A stretch of 64,000 nucleotides of DNA. Source: a virus. The notes beneath the pieces were generated by a model. That model was given only the letters and a program-made list of their open reading frames with translations. It was not told the DNA's origin and made no database searches. Position 1 is the first letter of the stretch. Each line of letters starts with the position of its first letter. Shown one piece after another: positions 52,865 through 63,090 of this stretch. Made by a program: the position numbers and the translations under genes. The stretch is from positions 35,924 to 99,923 of the IMG/VR virus record IMGVR_UViG_3300037246_001176; one strand, written 5' to 3'.

Positions 52865-54039
52865 GCCCCGCTCAAAACTCATAGTCCTCACTGTTCGCCA
52901 GAGCCACAATAATGCTCCGCACATCCAGCCCCGCACGCCCAGAGACCGGCTTCTGCCTGGGCCAGAGACGGCGCATCGCCGCGCTCACGGCTTCCCGAAT
53001 CATGGTCCCTATTCTCATCGTCAGTCCCTCACCGGCACGCCGTGCTCCTGCAACACATGCCAGGCCCACTCTTCTTGCGATTCATGGACGGAGAAGACGA
53101 AACCGCTTTCGGGAAACGGCAGGCCCATCCAGCCCCAGCTTTCAACGCCGAAATTCTCAAGCAGCCGTTCCGCGTCCCTGGCAGACCAAGCCCCCCCTTC
53201 TTCCATCGTGAACATCACGGCATCGCCAGCCATGAGATTGCGATACAGTGCCACCGTCGGCGTTATCCAGTCCGTGATCGTCGCCAGCTTCAGCAAGTCC
53301 ATCAACAAGTTCCTTCGAGAAGCATAAAGAGCACACCTAGAATACCGCCAAGGCTAAGCCCCATGCCGAAGCAGGCGTAACAACGCATCGTTCTTAGATT
53401 TTCCACTTCGTCTTTTGTCTCCCCAACCGTCGATCTTCGCCCGAAGGTTCCCGTCGGCCCTGGCCCCTCAACTGTCGAATATTGGCCCGGTAGCTCCTGT
53501 CGGGGGCCGGTTGGCCCTTCCACCGTTGATTTCGCCACTTTGTCTCTCGTTTCTTTGTCATTCATCTTGCAGTCTCCTTTCTCCGTTTCTGGATTCCAGA
53601 ATCGCCATCTCTGCCGGAACTTCCAGCCGCTCCTGCTCCCGCATCGCCAGCCACATTCTGCCAAGAGCGGCCAGAGCTAACAAGTTAGCAGGCTGTGCTG
53701 GCATAGCACGAGATCGTTCTAGATAGTTGGTCAGAATCGGAAATCCGACGAACATCGCCAGGCCAGCAAGACTAGCAAGAATCAAATACGGAAACATCGT
53801 CGCCAGCAACCTGCCAGAAGCGTCAGAACGAATGCTTGCAGACTCGGCAGACGCCAAAGTCCGCGCCGCGTCCGCCTCGCCGCGAGCGCGAACGAGCCGC
53901 GACTCCTCCGCCAAACGCTGCGCCTGCGCGTCCTGCTGGCCGTTCCACGCTTCCACCAGGAACACGCCGCCGACTATGGCGACAGCTACGATCAGGAGTA
54001 TCAGGATTGCTTGAGCCATGCTGTTTTCCTTTCCTATAT

Positions 54040-54474
54040 TTACGCGCTTAATTGTGGCACAGAAACAAACATTTCTGGTATGGCCTGCACCAGATCGGGA
54101 GTAGACATTTCCATAGCGGTCTGGCCGCTGGGAAGCATCAAGAACGAGAAGAATGCACCCCGCGCTCCCAGCACGGCAGAGGAGACGCACTTCGCCTTGA
54201 CGTCATGGTACAGCATCGTTGCCGCCTGAACCTTGGCGGCCTTCTCATTGCCGCTCTTGCTCGGCAGGACGGGCCAGACGACCTTGAATCTGTCCTCTCC
54301 GATCACAAAAGCCAACACGAACGCCGCCCGATTGGTCACTGATTCCCTACTGAATCCCTCCATCAGCACCTGACCGCCCAGTTTTTCGATCTGGCGTTTT
54401 GTTTTTTCTATCCATGTGTCTGAGGATGTTCTGCTGGTTTTCCAATAGTTGACGCTTTCAGCATGGATCATCAA
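54040..54474 (-). CDS. Phage hypothetical protein
   Basis: 144 aa well-formed ORF, co-oriented. Confidence 0.6.
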   Translation of the reverse strand: MMIHAESVNYWKTSRTSSDTWIEKTKRQIEKLGGQVLMEGFSRESVTNRAAFVLAFVIGEDRFKVVWPVLPSKSGNEKAAKVQAATMLYHDVKAKCVSSAVLGARGAFFSFLMLPSGQTAMEMSTPDLVQAIPEMFVSVPQLSA

Positions 54475-54870
54475 GGTCCCCCAATATCCTTATCTCGACG
54501 CGCTTGCCGAGCGCCTGGAGCAGGCACTTGCTTATGAATCCGCCAGGATCCCAGAATGTTATCGTGGCTGTGGGAAGGGGCATACCTCCGCCAAAGTTGA
54601 CTTCTACCTCGCTGATGATAAGTATGATGGGCGAGCTGTCGTCAAATGCAACCGGTGTGAGGCAGTTGGGGCAACATATGGGGTTGTCCCTGTTCGTGTC
54701 TAGTTCGCAGTCGCCGACTGTGCCGCTCCAGCCGCATCCGCAGCGGCATCGGGCATCCGTTATTTTCATGGCTCCTCCCCTACCTTTCCTTGCAGGGTAA
54801 CTCAAAAAACATTGCAAATCGCACCCTACCCCGTTTCACCCTGCTGATTCGACATAATGGCGCGACATAA

Positions 54871-55881
54871 CTAACTACCAAACCCCCGCCAGACAGAGAC
54901 CCTTTCAATAGCCCCCACAGCCAGCATAATGGGCACGCCTGCTGTGAAACCAGTCCTGTTGCCTGCCGAGGTCATCACCGGCATGTCTGCCACCTTGATG
55001 TCGCGCAGCTGGCGGTAGATGTGCCTCACGAAAGCGTCCGTAACTCTCGTTCCCGTGAGCGGCAATGTATGCACCGGCGAGCCGCCAGGCACTAGAGAAT
55101 TGCGACTGTGTCCCAATCCCATCTCCCCCGCCAGCAGAAGCTGCGCCACCGCCAGCTGCCACTGGAGCGGCTGGCGCTGATGCCTGCTGACCTCGGCGGC
55201 GTTGACGAGGGGACGGCTCTGCGCTGCCAGCAGGTCGAGCTTCAGGGCGCTTATCTCCTCTTGTAGTTCGGCTTTCTCGTAAGTCCATGCCCGCTGGTCG
55301 TAATATTTTTCCTTGTCCCACTCCAAGACCTCATGGGCTATGTAGTGCTCCCCCACCAGCTCGTGCGGGGTGACAGTTTCCTTGCCGTACCAGTAGATCC
55401 CGAAACTGCCGCCCACGAACAGTCCTATCGCCAGCATGAACTGCGTGGTATAAAGGCCGATGTTCCCCGTCGCCGCGCTCCATGTTCTCGGCGGCAGCCC
55501 CCACCACGTCTTGCTCAGGCCGCCGACGCCCCATATCAGCGCGGCTATGCCCACGCAGGCTAGGAATGCCGACACCTGGCGGCTTATGTGAAGGCGCACC
55601 GCGTCATCGTCCGTCGCCCGCACCTGTTCGGCTCGCGCCAGCAGGCCCAGCCAGCCGGTGGTCACGAGCCCGCAGGCCAGCGCGAAGACGGCGATGAGCA
55701 ACGCGCTCTTCGGCGGTATGAGCCAGATGAACCATGCGGCTCCCAATCCTGACATGAGGATCGACAGCGGAATCCCGACCAGCGTTCTTAGGAACGGTAC
55801 GGCGAACTGCGCCGCTGGCGTGCTGGGGTCCTGCGAGTATACGCCTGGTATGCGCCCGAATCCCATGCCTCCTCTGCGCAT
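54871..55881 (-). CDS. Multi-pass membrane protein
   Basis: Four hydrophobic segments followed by a soluble domain. Confidence 0.7.
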   Translation of the reverse strand: MRRGGMGFGRIPGVYSQDPSTPAAQFAVPFLRTLVGIPLSILMSGLGAAWFIWLIPPKSALLIAVFALACGLVTTGWLGLLARAEQVRATDDDAVRLHISRQVSAFLACVGIAALIWGVGGLSKTWWGLPPRTWSAATGNIGLYTTQFMLAIGLFVGGSFGIYWYGKETVTPHELVGEHYIAHEVLEWDKEKYYDQRAWTYEKAELQEEISALKLDLLAAQSRPLVNAAEVSRHQRQPLQWQLAVAQLLLAGEMGLGHSRNSLVPGGSPVHTLPLTGTRVTDAFVRHIYRQLRDIKVADMPVMTSAGNRTGFTAGVPIMLAVGAIERVSVWRGFGS

Positions 55882-56693
55882 TATTCGCTCCCTCCATCTT
55901 CCGCAAACCTCCGCCGCCAGTTCGTCGCCGACCGTTGACCAGAAGCAAGACCAGCAGCCACCATCTCCCTGCCGGTCATTCCAGCGACGGTTGCCGCATC
56001 AAGTTTCCGTTCCTGGCACAGAACCGCAAAGTCCGCGTAGCGCGTCGGCGCGTTCCCGTTCGGTTCTGGCATAGGAACTGAAATGCTGGCAGGGTTCGGC
56101 ATGGGTTCCTCTATCACTGGAACAGGCAGGAATCTCGCCGCGAGCCGTTCGGTCAGCGAGAAAGACGCTTCGGCACGCTTGCCCTTTTTGCCGACTTGCC
56201 GCATCGCGTGCCGGAAATGGATCGCAGTGCTAACCGCGAACACCAGCGCTTCCGGTGCGAGCACGATGGCGAACGAGTAGACGCCCAGCGTCCAGGGCTT
56301 CAGCAGCTCCTCCACCGGGACGGAGCGGAACCGCGAGAGCACCCACACCGACTGCACGGCGACGGCCAGCGCCAGCAGCGCGACGAACGAGGCGTACAGC
56401 GTCCACGCACTTTTTAGCCCAGGCGGTTCCGACGGCCTGCGGTTCTTTTTGCCCTGCTCCGCCATGCGCCTGTCGTGCGCTTCCCACTCGGCGCGGTATT
56501 CAGCCCTCATCGCCTGCGTCTGGTGATAGGTGATGATGACGAAGTAAGTGCCGAGGCCCATCGCTAGGCCCATCCCCAAGGCGGTGACGGGCATTCCAGC
56601 GAAAAGATAATCGTCAATGGGACGAAAGGCGCTGGCGAAGCGGGGGACGGTGACGAGCGTGACGAGCAGGATCAGAAATTTGCCGATGTTCAT
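55881..56693 (-). CDS. Membrane protein with C-terminal HTH-like region (DUF2637-like architecture)
   Basis: Four transmembrane segments; MTGREMV...SATNWRRR tail. Confidence 0.6.
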   Translation of the reverse strand: MNIGKFLILLVTLVTVPRFASAFRPIDDYLFAGMPVTALGMGLAMGLGTYFVIITYHQTQAMRAEYRAEWEAHDRRMAEQGKKNRRPSEPPGLKSAWTLYASFVALLALAVAVQSVWVLSRFRSVPVEELLKPWTLGVYSFAIVLAPEALVFAVSTAIHFRHAMRQVGKKGKRAEASFSLTERLAARFLPVPVIEEPMPNPASISVPMPEPNGNAPTRYADFAVLCQERKLDAATVAGMTGREMVAAGLASGQRSATNWRRRFAEDGGSE

Positions 56694-56942
56694 TCCTTAT
56701 CTCCTCGCTTTAGATATTCAACTATTTCAGTATCGCCTTGTTCAACCATAATATCTGCCAGCCAATTGGTAACAATGCCACCGATTTGGATGAGTTCCAT
56801 CCATACAGGATGTTCATGTCGGCCCTGCAAAGCCAAGCTCAATTCAAGCATTTCCTGCGCCAGCATGTGAAATTCTGGCCGGTATTCATCATAACGGTGT
56901 TGACGCGCGTTTGAATCTATGGCGCGTCGGGCCAGGGTTATT

Positions 56943-57302
56943 TTAGGTATCATCCAGTTCCTCCAATTTCTCCAAACGCACGACCGCTACTATCTCTTGT
57001 GGAGCACCGCCAATCAAGAGGATGAACTCCCCCAGTGTCTCTACCATTCCACCCTCGGCAACCAAATCACTTTTCGGCATATCGGCCAATCGCTCCAGGT
57101 AAGGACGGCACGTCAAGCGAAAACGACCGATCTTCTTTCCGCCAAAACGAGGGGACTTGTCCCAGGCGTCATGCTCCAGCTGCCTGGTGTCCCAGAGCCG
57201 CTGCCACATTTCTAGGTGTCTCGGCTTCCAGCGGCGGCGCGTGACGGTCTTGCGCCCGCTCAGGAATTCTTTAGTGGTGAGCGAGAAGCTGATGAGGGCC
57301 AT
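56943..57302 (-). CDS. ASCH domain protein
   Basis: ISF...FLSGRKTVTRR...L.DM...DLVAEG. Confidence 0.75.
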   Translation of the reverse strand: MALISFSLTTKEFLSGRKTVTRRRWKPRHLEMWQRLWDTRQLEHDAWDKSPRFGGKKIGRFRLTCRPYLERLADMPKSDLVAEGGMVETLGEFILLIGGAPQEIVAVVRLEKLEELDDT

Positions 57303-57740
57303 TATTTCTTGTCCTCCGTGTCTGCCGGCGTCAAGTCTTTCAGTCCACAGTTCTCCAGAATTTTTGTTTGACTATACTGAAACTCACTGCCCGCTGATTC
57401 GCGCTCTATCAGCTCTGCTATCGCCCGAACTCTCACTTCCACCGTATGTGCCTTGTAGGTTGCGAGATTAATTTCAGAGCGGCATTGTTTGTATTCGGCC
57501 AATAGCTGCCCAAGCACTTTTTCAAGGATGATGACGGTAGTATCACTCATGCTGTCTTTTCTCATCTTCCGCCAGCGCCAAGTCCGCCAGAAACGGTCGC
57601 AGCAGCTCGCGCAGGGCGGCGACATACTCCATTCGCTCCTTTTTGTTTCTGGTGTCAGTTATCGCCACAAGCAGTTCCTGTACCCGTTCTTTGTCTATCG
57701 TCATTTCGCCTCCGTTGTGGACATTCTGTTAATTTTCCCC

Positions 57741-57805
57741 ATTCTACCACAAATAATAATTCTTGTCAAGTCCAAAGCAAAAGCGCCAGCATCGCGCTGG
57801 CGCTC
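57741..57805 (-). terminator. Terminator after the tRNA, followed by a new promoter
   Basis: AGCGCCAGC/GCTGGCGCT plus T-tract; TTGACA-17-TAGAAT (57769-57741). Confidence 0.7.
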
Positions 57806-57831
57806 TTGTGTAGATAGATGCAACTATTCAG

Positions 57832-57903
57832 CACCCCGGTGAGGGCTTGAACCTCAACTAGCGGGTTTGGAGGCCGCCGTTCTGCCGGTTAAACTACCGG
57901 GGC
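57832..57903 (-). tRNA. tRNA-Trp (CCA)
   Basis: GCCCCGG/CCGGGGT acceptor, anticodon loop CTCCAAA, T-arm TGAGG-TTCAAGC-CCTCA, G73; no encoded CCA end. Confidence 0.88.
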
Positions 57904-58642
57904 TTTGATGCTCCGCTTCGGCCCGTCGGCTGTGCCGTCTGCCACGCTGCGGAGCGAGCGGTTGCTGCTCAATTCACTGGCAAGCCGCAGATGTCGCACT
58001 CGCCGCTCTCTACATACCAATCCTCATTCATTCCGTCGCAGCCACCGTCGCAAAACGGGGCTGCTTCGACTTTAGTTATCTCAACCTCGTCGTCAGGCGC
58101 GAGCCACGAACTGACATGCTTTTGGCCTTTAGGAGATTCCAGGCACTCTTGGAGTTCTCGCTTGGTATGGGCCGTGACGATCACCAGCCCGTCGCACTTG
58201 CGTTTCAGCTCCCAGGTCATCATGCTTCCTCTATCATCTTTACGTATAATTCACGCTGGTCTGGCGAAATATTCAGACCTTGATAATGCACCTTGCTGGA
58301 TAGCCCGAACGCCCGCGCCAGCTCCTCGCAGTCCACGTCGCTGGTGTAGTAGTTTACGCCGTTCTCTCTGACATATTCTATGTACAAGCTCTGTCCTGGC
58401 GGTAGCGGGTAAACCATCCGGTTACATGCGGGGTTTTCTTTGTGCGACACCCGCCGCTTTTTGGGAGCCTGCACGCAGAGCCAGCCCCATGCTGTGCCCC
58501 TGCCGCCGGTCACGCTCCAGGTCTTGCCGGTCTTTTTCTTCAGGGCTGCCTTGATTCTCTTTACCGCGTCTTTTCTTTCGATGTAAGCCATGTCCTGAAT
58601 TCTCTCCTCTTCTGCTTGTCTGCTCTCTCTCAACCTGTATAT

Positions 58643-58717
58643 ATTATAGCACAGTATGTTTTATCTGTCAAGCGTTTACCCGAAAACAGCCAAATATTTA
58701 AGGTTAGAGCCTGTTTC
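58643..58717 (-). promoter_or_regulatory. Repeated promoter cassette, copy 4
   Basis: TTGACA-17-TATAAT, CTAACCTTAAA; downstream gene starts at 58591. Confidence 0.8.
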
Positions 58718-59196
58718 ATGCTCCGTTTCCCCTGCCTTCCCGTTTCTGGATTCCAGAACACCTAGCAACAGATACACAAACGCCCTGGGTTGGTCAGGCC
58801 CAGGGCGTCCGGCGAAAGGAGGAGAAAGATGATTTCTATGGATATGATACTATGTGTACGTTCATCCCCGGCAGCTCCAGCTTCAGCAGCCGCCCGTAGC
58901 TGTCTTGGAACTGCCACGGCTCGTCGCACACTTCCGTCCTGTACGGCCTCTCTGGCCAAATGGGAGCGCCGAGCAAGGAGCCGAGCTGCGCCTTCTCTAT
59001 GAGGTGCGCGAATCCCTGAACCGTCCCCGGATGCGGGAACTGTACAGGCTCACCGTCCCACAAGTCGGGGAACCCCTTCCACCAGCCGTGGTCGTGAATC
59101 ATGAAAATGAGCGGCCTGGGCTTGTCCCGCAGAACATAGTTCAGCCAAATCAAAGAGGAGAACTCGCTACCTTTTCGGAACATCTGCTCTGCCGCG

Positions 59197-59463
59197 TCAA
59201 TCATCATCACTCGCTTTCCATCTGTAAGCGGGCACTATCGTCGACCTGCCCGCGATATCCACGATTCGCGTCCTCACGGGTTCGATTTTGCCCTCGGCAA
59301 TGAGCGGCTTCAATTGCTCGCGCACCCATCGAACCCTGCGCCCGGTCATCTCGGCCAGCTCGTTGGTCGTCAATGCTCCCTTGACTGCATCGTTTGCCGT
59401 CCGCGCCGAGAGCAGCGCGGCCACCAACTCATCTTCGGTGATGGCATCTATTTCCGTGTCCAT
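59197..59463 (-). CDS. Small wHTH protein
   Basis: LTTNELAEMTGRRVRWVREQLKPLIAEGKI; start reassigned after GGAGG. Confidence 0.7.
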   Translation of the reverse strand: MDTEIDAITEDELVAALLSARTANDAVKGALTTNELAEMTGRRVRWVREQLKPLIAEGKIEPVRTRIVDIAGRSTIVPAYRWKASDDD

Positions 59464-60287
59464 GCCGCCCTCCTGACTGGCCTGTAGCTCTGCACATGCA
59501 CTTCCCCGTGCCCGTCCCGGCACACCACCGCGACCCCGCCCACCGGCTCTATTCTGCCAGAAAATCCTATCCGGTGTCCATATGATGTGCATAACTGCCA
59601 CGGCGGAAGGAACAACACCTGAATTGAGTGATTCAGACCAGAGTCCTCCAAATGATGCACATGGGCGCGGACGCCGAACTGTGGCAGTATGTTGCCACTT
59701 TCGGCATATTCCATCACCAGAATTGATGCCTGCCTGAGCGCCCCGCCCCCTTTCGTCCATGGCCTCATGCTCGTGCTCCCTGGGTGGTGAGCCAGGTCGA
59801 ATGTCACGCCCGCTGCTTCCAGCGGGAGCCACCACCAGGAATTGTTGCCCGTGACGTCATCCTTCTCAGCCCCGATCTCTTTGGCGATCAGTTCTTCCAA
59901 CTCGCCGCTACCGCCCGTGTGTGATTCCGTACCCCGAATCACAAACTTAGTGTTGGCTACCTCCAATACTGGTTCCCAGATCATGGCGGCCAAATCTACG
60001 ATGACTGATTTGTTGACAGCGATCAACCCATGCTTTGAGTGTGAGTTGTCATCTACCCCGTCTCCCAGGCAGACGGCCCACACTTCGGCCCTGTGCCGCT
60101 TTTTCAGCTCGGTCACGAACGACCAGAAGTCCAGCCATCGCCGCCAGAGCCACTGTTGCGCCCGGCTCGGCATGTACTTCCCGCCGTCGTCAAAGTCCAC
60201 GCCATCAGGATGCACCAGGCCGACGGTACTGTTCGGGTGAGTGTCCGCAAACAGCGCGACTATCACTGGCTTCTTTCGCTTAAGCAT
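59448..60287 (-). CDS. Calcineurin-like metallophosphoesterase
   Basis: ADTH, LGDGVD, RGTESH, AHH, AHVH. Confidence 0.82.
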   Translation of the reverse strand: MLKRKKPVIVALFADTHPNSTVGLVHPDGVDFDDGGKYMPSRAQQWLWRRWLDFWSFVTELKKRHRAEVWAVCLGDGVDDNSHSKHGLIAVNKSVIVDLAAMIWEPVLEVANTKFVIRGTESHTGGSGELEELIAKEIGAEKDDVTGNNSWWWLPLEAAGVTFDLAHHPGSTSMRPWTKGGGALRQASILVMEYAESGNILPQFGVRAHVHHLEDSGLNHSIQVLFLPPWQLCTSYGHRIGFSGRIEPVGGVAVVCRDGHGEVHVQSYRPVRRAAWTRK

Positions 60288-60346
60288 TTAGGTGTCTACC
60301 TCCTGTCAGAGATGTGTCGGCGAAAACAGGCCGTAAACTATGCTTT

Positions 60347-60859
60347 TCACTCAGGGTGAAGCCCTGTCACGTCCGGCAGCTTGATGCGGTAAGTGTCATC
60401 GGAAACCATCGGCGGGTTGCCTTCCGGCAGGATGGCCCTCAGTATGCCCTCCTCCGCCGTATCCCACAGTCCGGTGAAACTGTCAAACCGCTCTTGCATC
60501 CACCTGGAGAACCTTTCCTCGCCGATGTGCTCCTTCCACCGCCAGTCCATGCCCGCCACCGACACAGCGTCGGGCAGCATCTGGTAGATGAGCCGCGCTA
60601 TCATCATCTTGTCCGCGCCATGTAGCCTCTCGCCCACGGCATCCATGAGCGATTCTGAAGCCTTGTACGCCGCCATGAGCGCCTGGTACAAGAACGGCAG
60701 TAGCGCCTCCTCGATCTCGTCCTCATACGGATAGCCCTGGCGGGCCACCTTGAGCCACCGGTACAGTTTGTTTCCTCCCTGCACTAGCGCTGCCAGCGCC
60801 AAGATCGCGCCGACAACCAATGCTACTGTTCCTGCAGGACTTCGTAAGAATTCCATCAT
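60347..60859 (-). CDS. N-terminally anchored membrane protein (holin-like position)
   Basis: One N-terminal transmembrane segment; lysis-module position. Confidence 0.5.
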   Translation of the reverse strand: MMEFLRSPAGTVALVVGAILALAALVQGGNKLYRWLKVARQGYPYEDEIEEALLPFLYQALMAAYKASESLMDAVGERLHGADKMMIARLIYQMLPDAVSVAGMDWRWKEHIGEERFSRWMQERFDSFTGLWDTAEEGILRAILPEGNPPMVSDDTYRIKLPDVTGLHPE

Positions 60860-60880
60860 CTTTTCCTTTCAACTAGATGT

Positions 60881-61957
60881 TCATTTCGCTCCTGAGAGCG
60901 CCAACCTAAGATATTCTTCTCCTGGCGGAGTTATCATAGTACCACGAATCAGGGCTGTATCCCTTCCCGACGGCCACCAAGCCCACATTGCAATGCCCAG
61001 GTCGTTCTCTATCAATCGCGGGACGATGTCGGCCATGAACTTCAGTGCCAGTTCCGAAGTCACCCAGTCAGGATATTCCCATTCTGGCAACCCGAACTCG
61101 GTCAGCCAATACACCTGTGGCCCCACCCAGGCCCGACCTCGATATGACTCCAGCCAGCTGATCCAATCCACCAGCCCTCGCCAATAATCATCTGGTAGCT
61201 GACCAGGCCACATATACTTATGGACAGTATAAAAATCAACTGGCATAAGTTTGCCAGTCAAACGTAAATAAGCATCCCAAACCGGTACGATTTTAGGACT
61301 CCAAGCTACCGGGCCAAATGGACCCACACGAGCGTTAGGATTCTCCGATTTTATTAACTCCCACGCGTCCCGATACCACCGAGCATATTGTTCGGGGGTC
61401 ACATGAGAATCGCCAATCGGTGTACTGATTGACCGTTCATTGCCTACAATAAAATCCACATCGTCACGGGAACGTACAAACTGCCGGAATCCCGCCTCAT
61501 CTGACCATCGCCCGACCACAGTATCGTATGCGCCCAGCGCCCAGGTGCTGGCGGGCTCGCGGCTTGCCGGGCGCAGAAAGCGAACCGTGTCCGACTCCTC
61601 TGGCTGAGCCCACTGTACGGAATGGTAGCGTCCGTCGTTCGGGAAGCCGAGCAGGAGCATCTGCTCCAGACCGTGCTCGGCTATGCCGAAGCGTCCGTCT
61701 GGCTTTGCTCGGCAGTTCTTGGTGACGAGCGGCAGGTAAACGGGTGATACTAAAGCAACGTCCAGCGGCGACACGAACAGCCGATAGACATGCGGGCAGG
61801 CTGCCGCTGTCACCAGCATAGCGGCGATGACGGCAACTACTATCAGCGATATCAGGTTCCGGCGACGCAGAGGAGATCCAGCTATTTTGTTTCCTCCTCT
61901 GGGTGGAGCAGCTTGTACAGCGGTTCGATCGCCACCGCCTTGCTGGCGGTATCGCAC
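60881..61957 (-). CDS. Secreted clan GH-A glycoside hydrolase (start uncertain)
   Basis: Signal-like segment, VYLPLV, IVGNE (acid/base), DFYTVHKY, WLTEFG (nucleophile), WAWW. Confidence 0.75.
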   Translation of the reverse strand: MRYRQQGGGDRTAVQAAPPRGGNKIAGSPLRRRNLISLIVVAVIAAMLVTAAACPHVYRLFVSPLDVALVSPVYLPLVTKNCRAKPDGRFGIAEHGLEQMLLLGFPNDGRYHSVQWAQPEESDTVRFLRPASREPASTWALGAYDTVVGRWSDEAGFRQFVRSRDDVDFIVGNERSISTPIGDSHVTPEQYARWYRDAWELIKSENPNARVGPFGPVAWSPKIVPVWDAYLRLTGKLMPVDFYTVHKYMWPGQLPDDYWRGLVDWISWLESYRGRAWVGPQVYWLTEFGLPEWEYPDWVTSELALKFMADIVPRLIENDLGIAMWAWWPSGRDTALIRGTMITPPGEEYLRLALSGAK

Positions 61958-62164
61958 AGTTCGCGGACGACATTTTCCAGCGCGTCAAGCCGGGTTGAGA
62001 ATTTCCTCAGATCCTCCGTGACTTGCTGGACGTCCTGGTCTAGCACATCGGCTTTGTTCCTGATGGTCTCGGTGATGCCGCGCAATTCCTTGACCAGTTC
62101 AAACAGTTCCACCGGTAGAGATTGCATCAGGCCCAAGATGTATTCCTGCGTTCGCTTGTCGCTT

Positions 62165-62650
62165 TTAGTCGTGACTAGTTTTCTTGTCCGCGTCATTATA
62201 CACTCCTACCCTGACGGCGATGCGGCCCAGCACTCTGGACACATTCCGCATGACCTCGCTGATGTCCCGCAGCGCCTCAACGATCTGCGCATCGAGCTGC
62301 TCGTGCCTTTCAATGATCTTATAGAGCCGTTCCTTGTCCAGCCGCCGTTCCACCTGCTCATCGCGCAGCGATTCGCGGACTAGGCGGAGCATCTCCTTGA
62401 GCGCCATGATCGTGTCTGTCCGCTCGGCTACCGCCGCTGCCTGTTCCAGCTCCAGCCGCTGCCGTTCCGCGAGACGCCCGTTCGCCGCCGTCAGGCGTTC
62501 CAGCTTCAGCCGCCGCTGCTCCGCGAACGTCGGCCATGCTTTGGAGAGCATCCGTTCCGCAAAAGCGAGGATGCCCTTGATGTGAGACGCCAGCAGCAGA
62601 AACAAGGCCGTCGGGAATCCGTAATCGTTCAGGAGCTTCGCCCAGTCCAT
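62165..62650 (-). CDS. Holin-like / coiled-coil membrane protein
   Basis: MDWAKLLNDYGFPTALFLLL (BhlA/UviB-like start) followed by a coiled coil. Confidence 0.5.
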   Translation of the reverse strand: MDWAKLLNDYGFPTALFLLLASHIKGILAFAERMLSKAWPTFAEQRRLKLERLTAANGRLAERQRLELEQAAAVAERTDTIMALKEMLRLVRESLRDEQVERRLDKERLYKIIERHEQLDAQIVEALRDISEVMRNVSRVLGRIAVRVGVYNDADKKTSHD

Positions 62651-62654
62651 ACTC

Positions 62655-62975
62655 CTACACTCCGAGCTTGTCCAGCAATGCGCCCACCCGGCGGTCGGTG
62701 GGCCAGCCGCTGAAAGAGGTCACGGCTGCCAGCAGCGTGTCCCAGTCCGCATCCTCGAACGACAGCTCGAAATCCCGTTCGTGCTTCCAGTCGAAGTCCA
62801 GCCGCCCGTCGGTCACGGTGGCCTCGTAGCCCACCGCTTCCCGTTCGTCCTCGTTCAGTTCCACTACGTCCAAGACGCGGATGGACTTCCGATACTGCTG
62901 CGGGTTGCCGCGCTGCTGGGCCATGAGCGTTGTCAGCTGCACGCGCTCCCAGATGTTCAGGTTGAGTGTTTTCAT
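62655..62975 (-). CDS. Small protein after tail fibre (possible chaperone)
   Basis: AAAGGA RBS before MKTLNL; promoter TTGACA-17-TATAAT at 63047-63019. Confidence 0.55.
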   Translation of the reverse strand: MKTLNLNIWERVQLTTLMAQQRGNPQQYRKSIRVLDVVELNEDEREAVGYEATVTDGRLDFDWKHERDFELSFEDADWDTLLAAVTSFSGWPTDRRVGALLDKLGV

Positions 62976-63090
62976 TCTGTTTCCTTTCAAGCATGTTGCA
63001 TCAATCACAAAGCATCTTATTATAGTCAAGATTCGGTTTGGTGTCAACAGCTGAATTTCGGAAAGAAGCGTAAAAAGTTTTGCCGACTTC

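Noticed and set aside
57832-57903. Suppressor tRNA / stop-codon recoding, or an attachment site
   Set aside because: Anticodon is standard CCA, core genes are intact in code 11, and no integrase or duplicated tRNA end was seen
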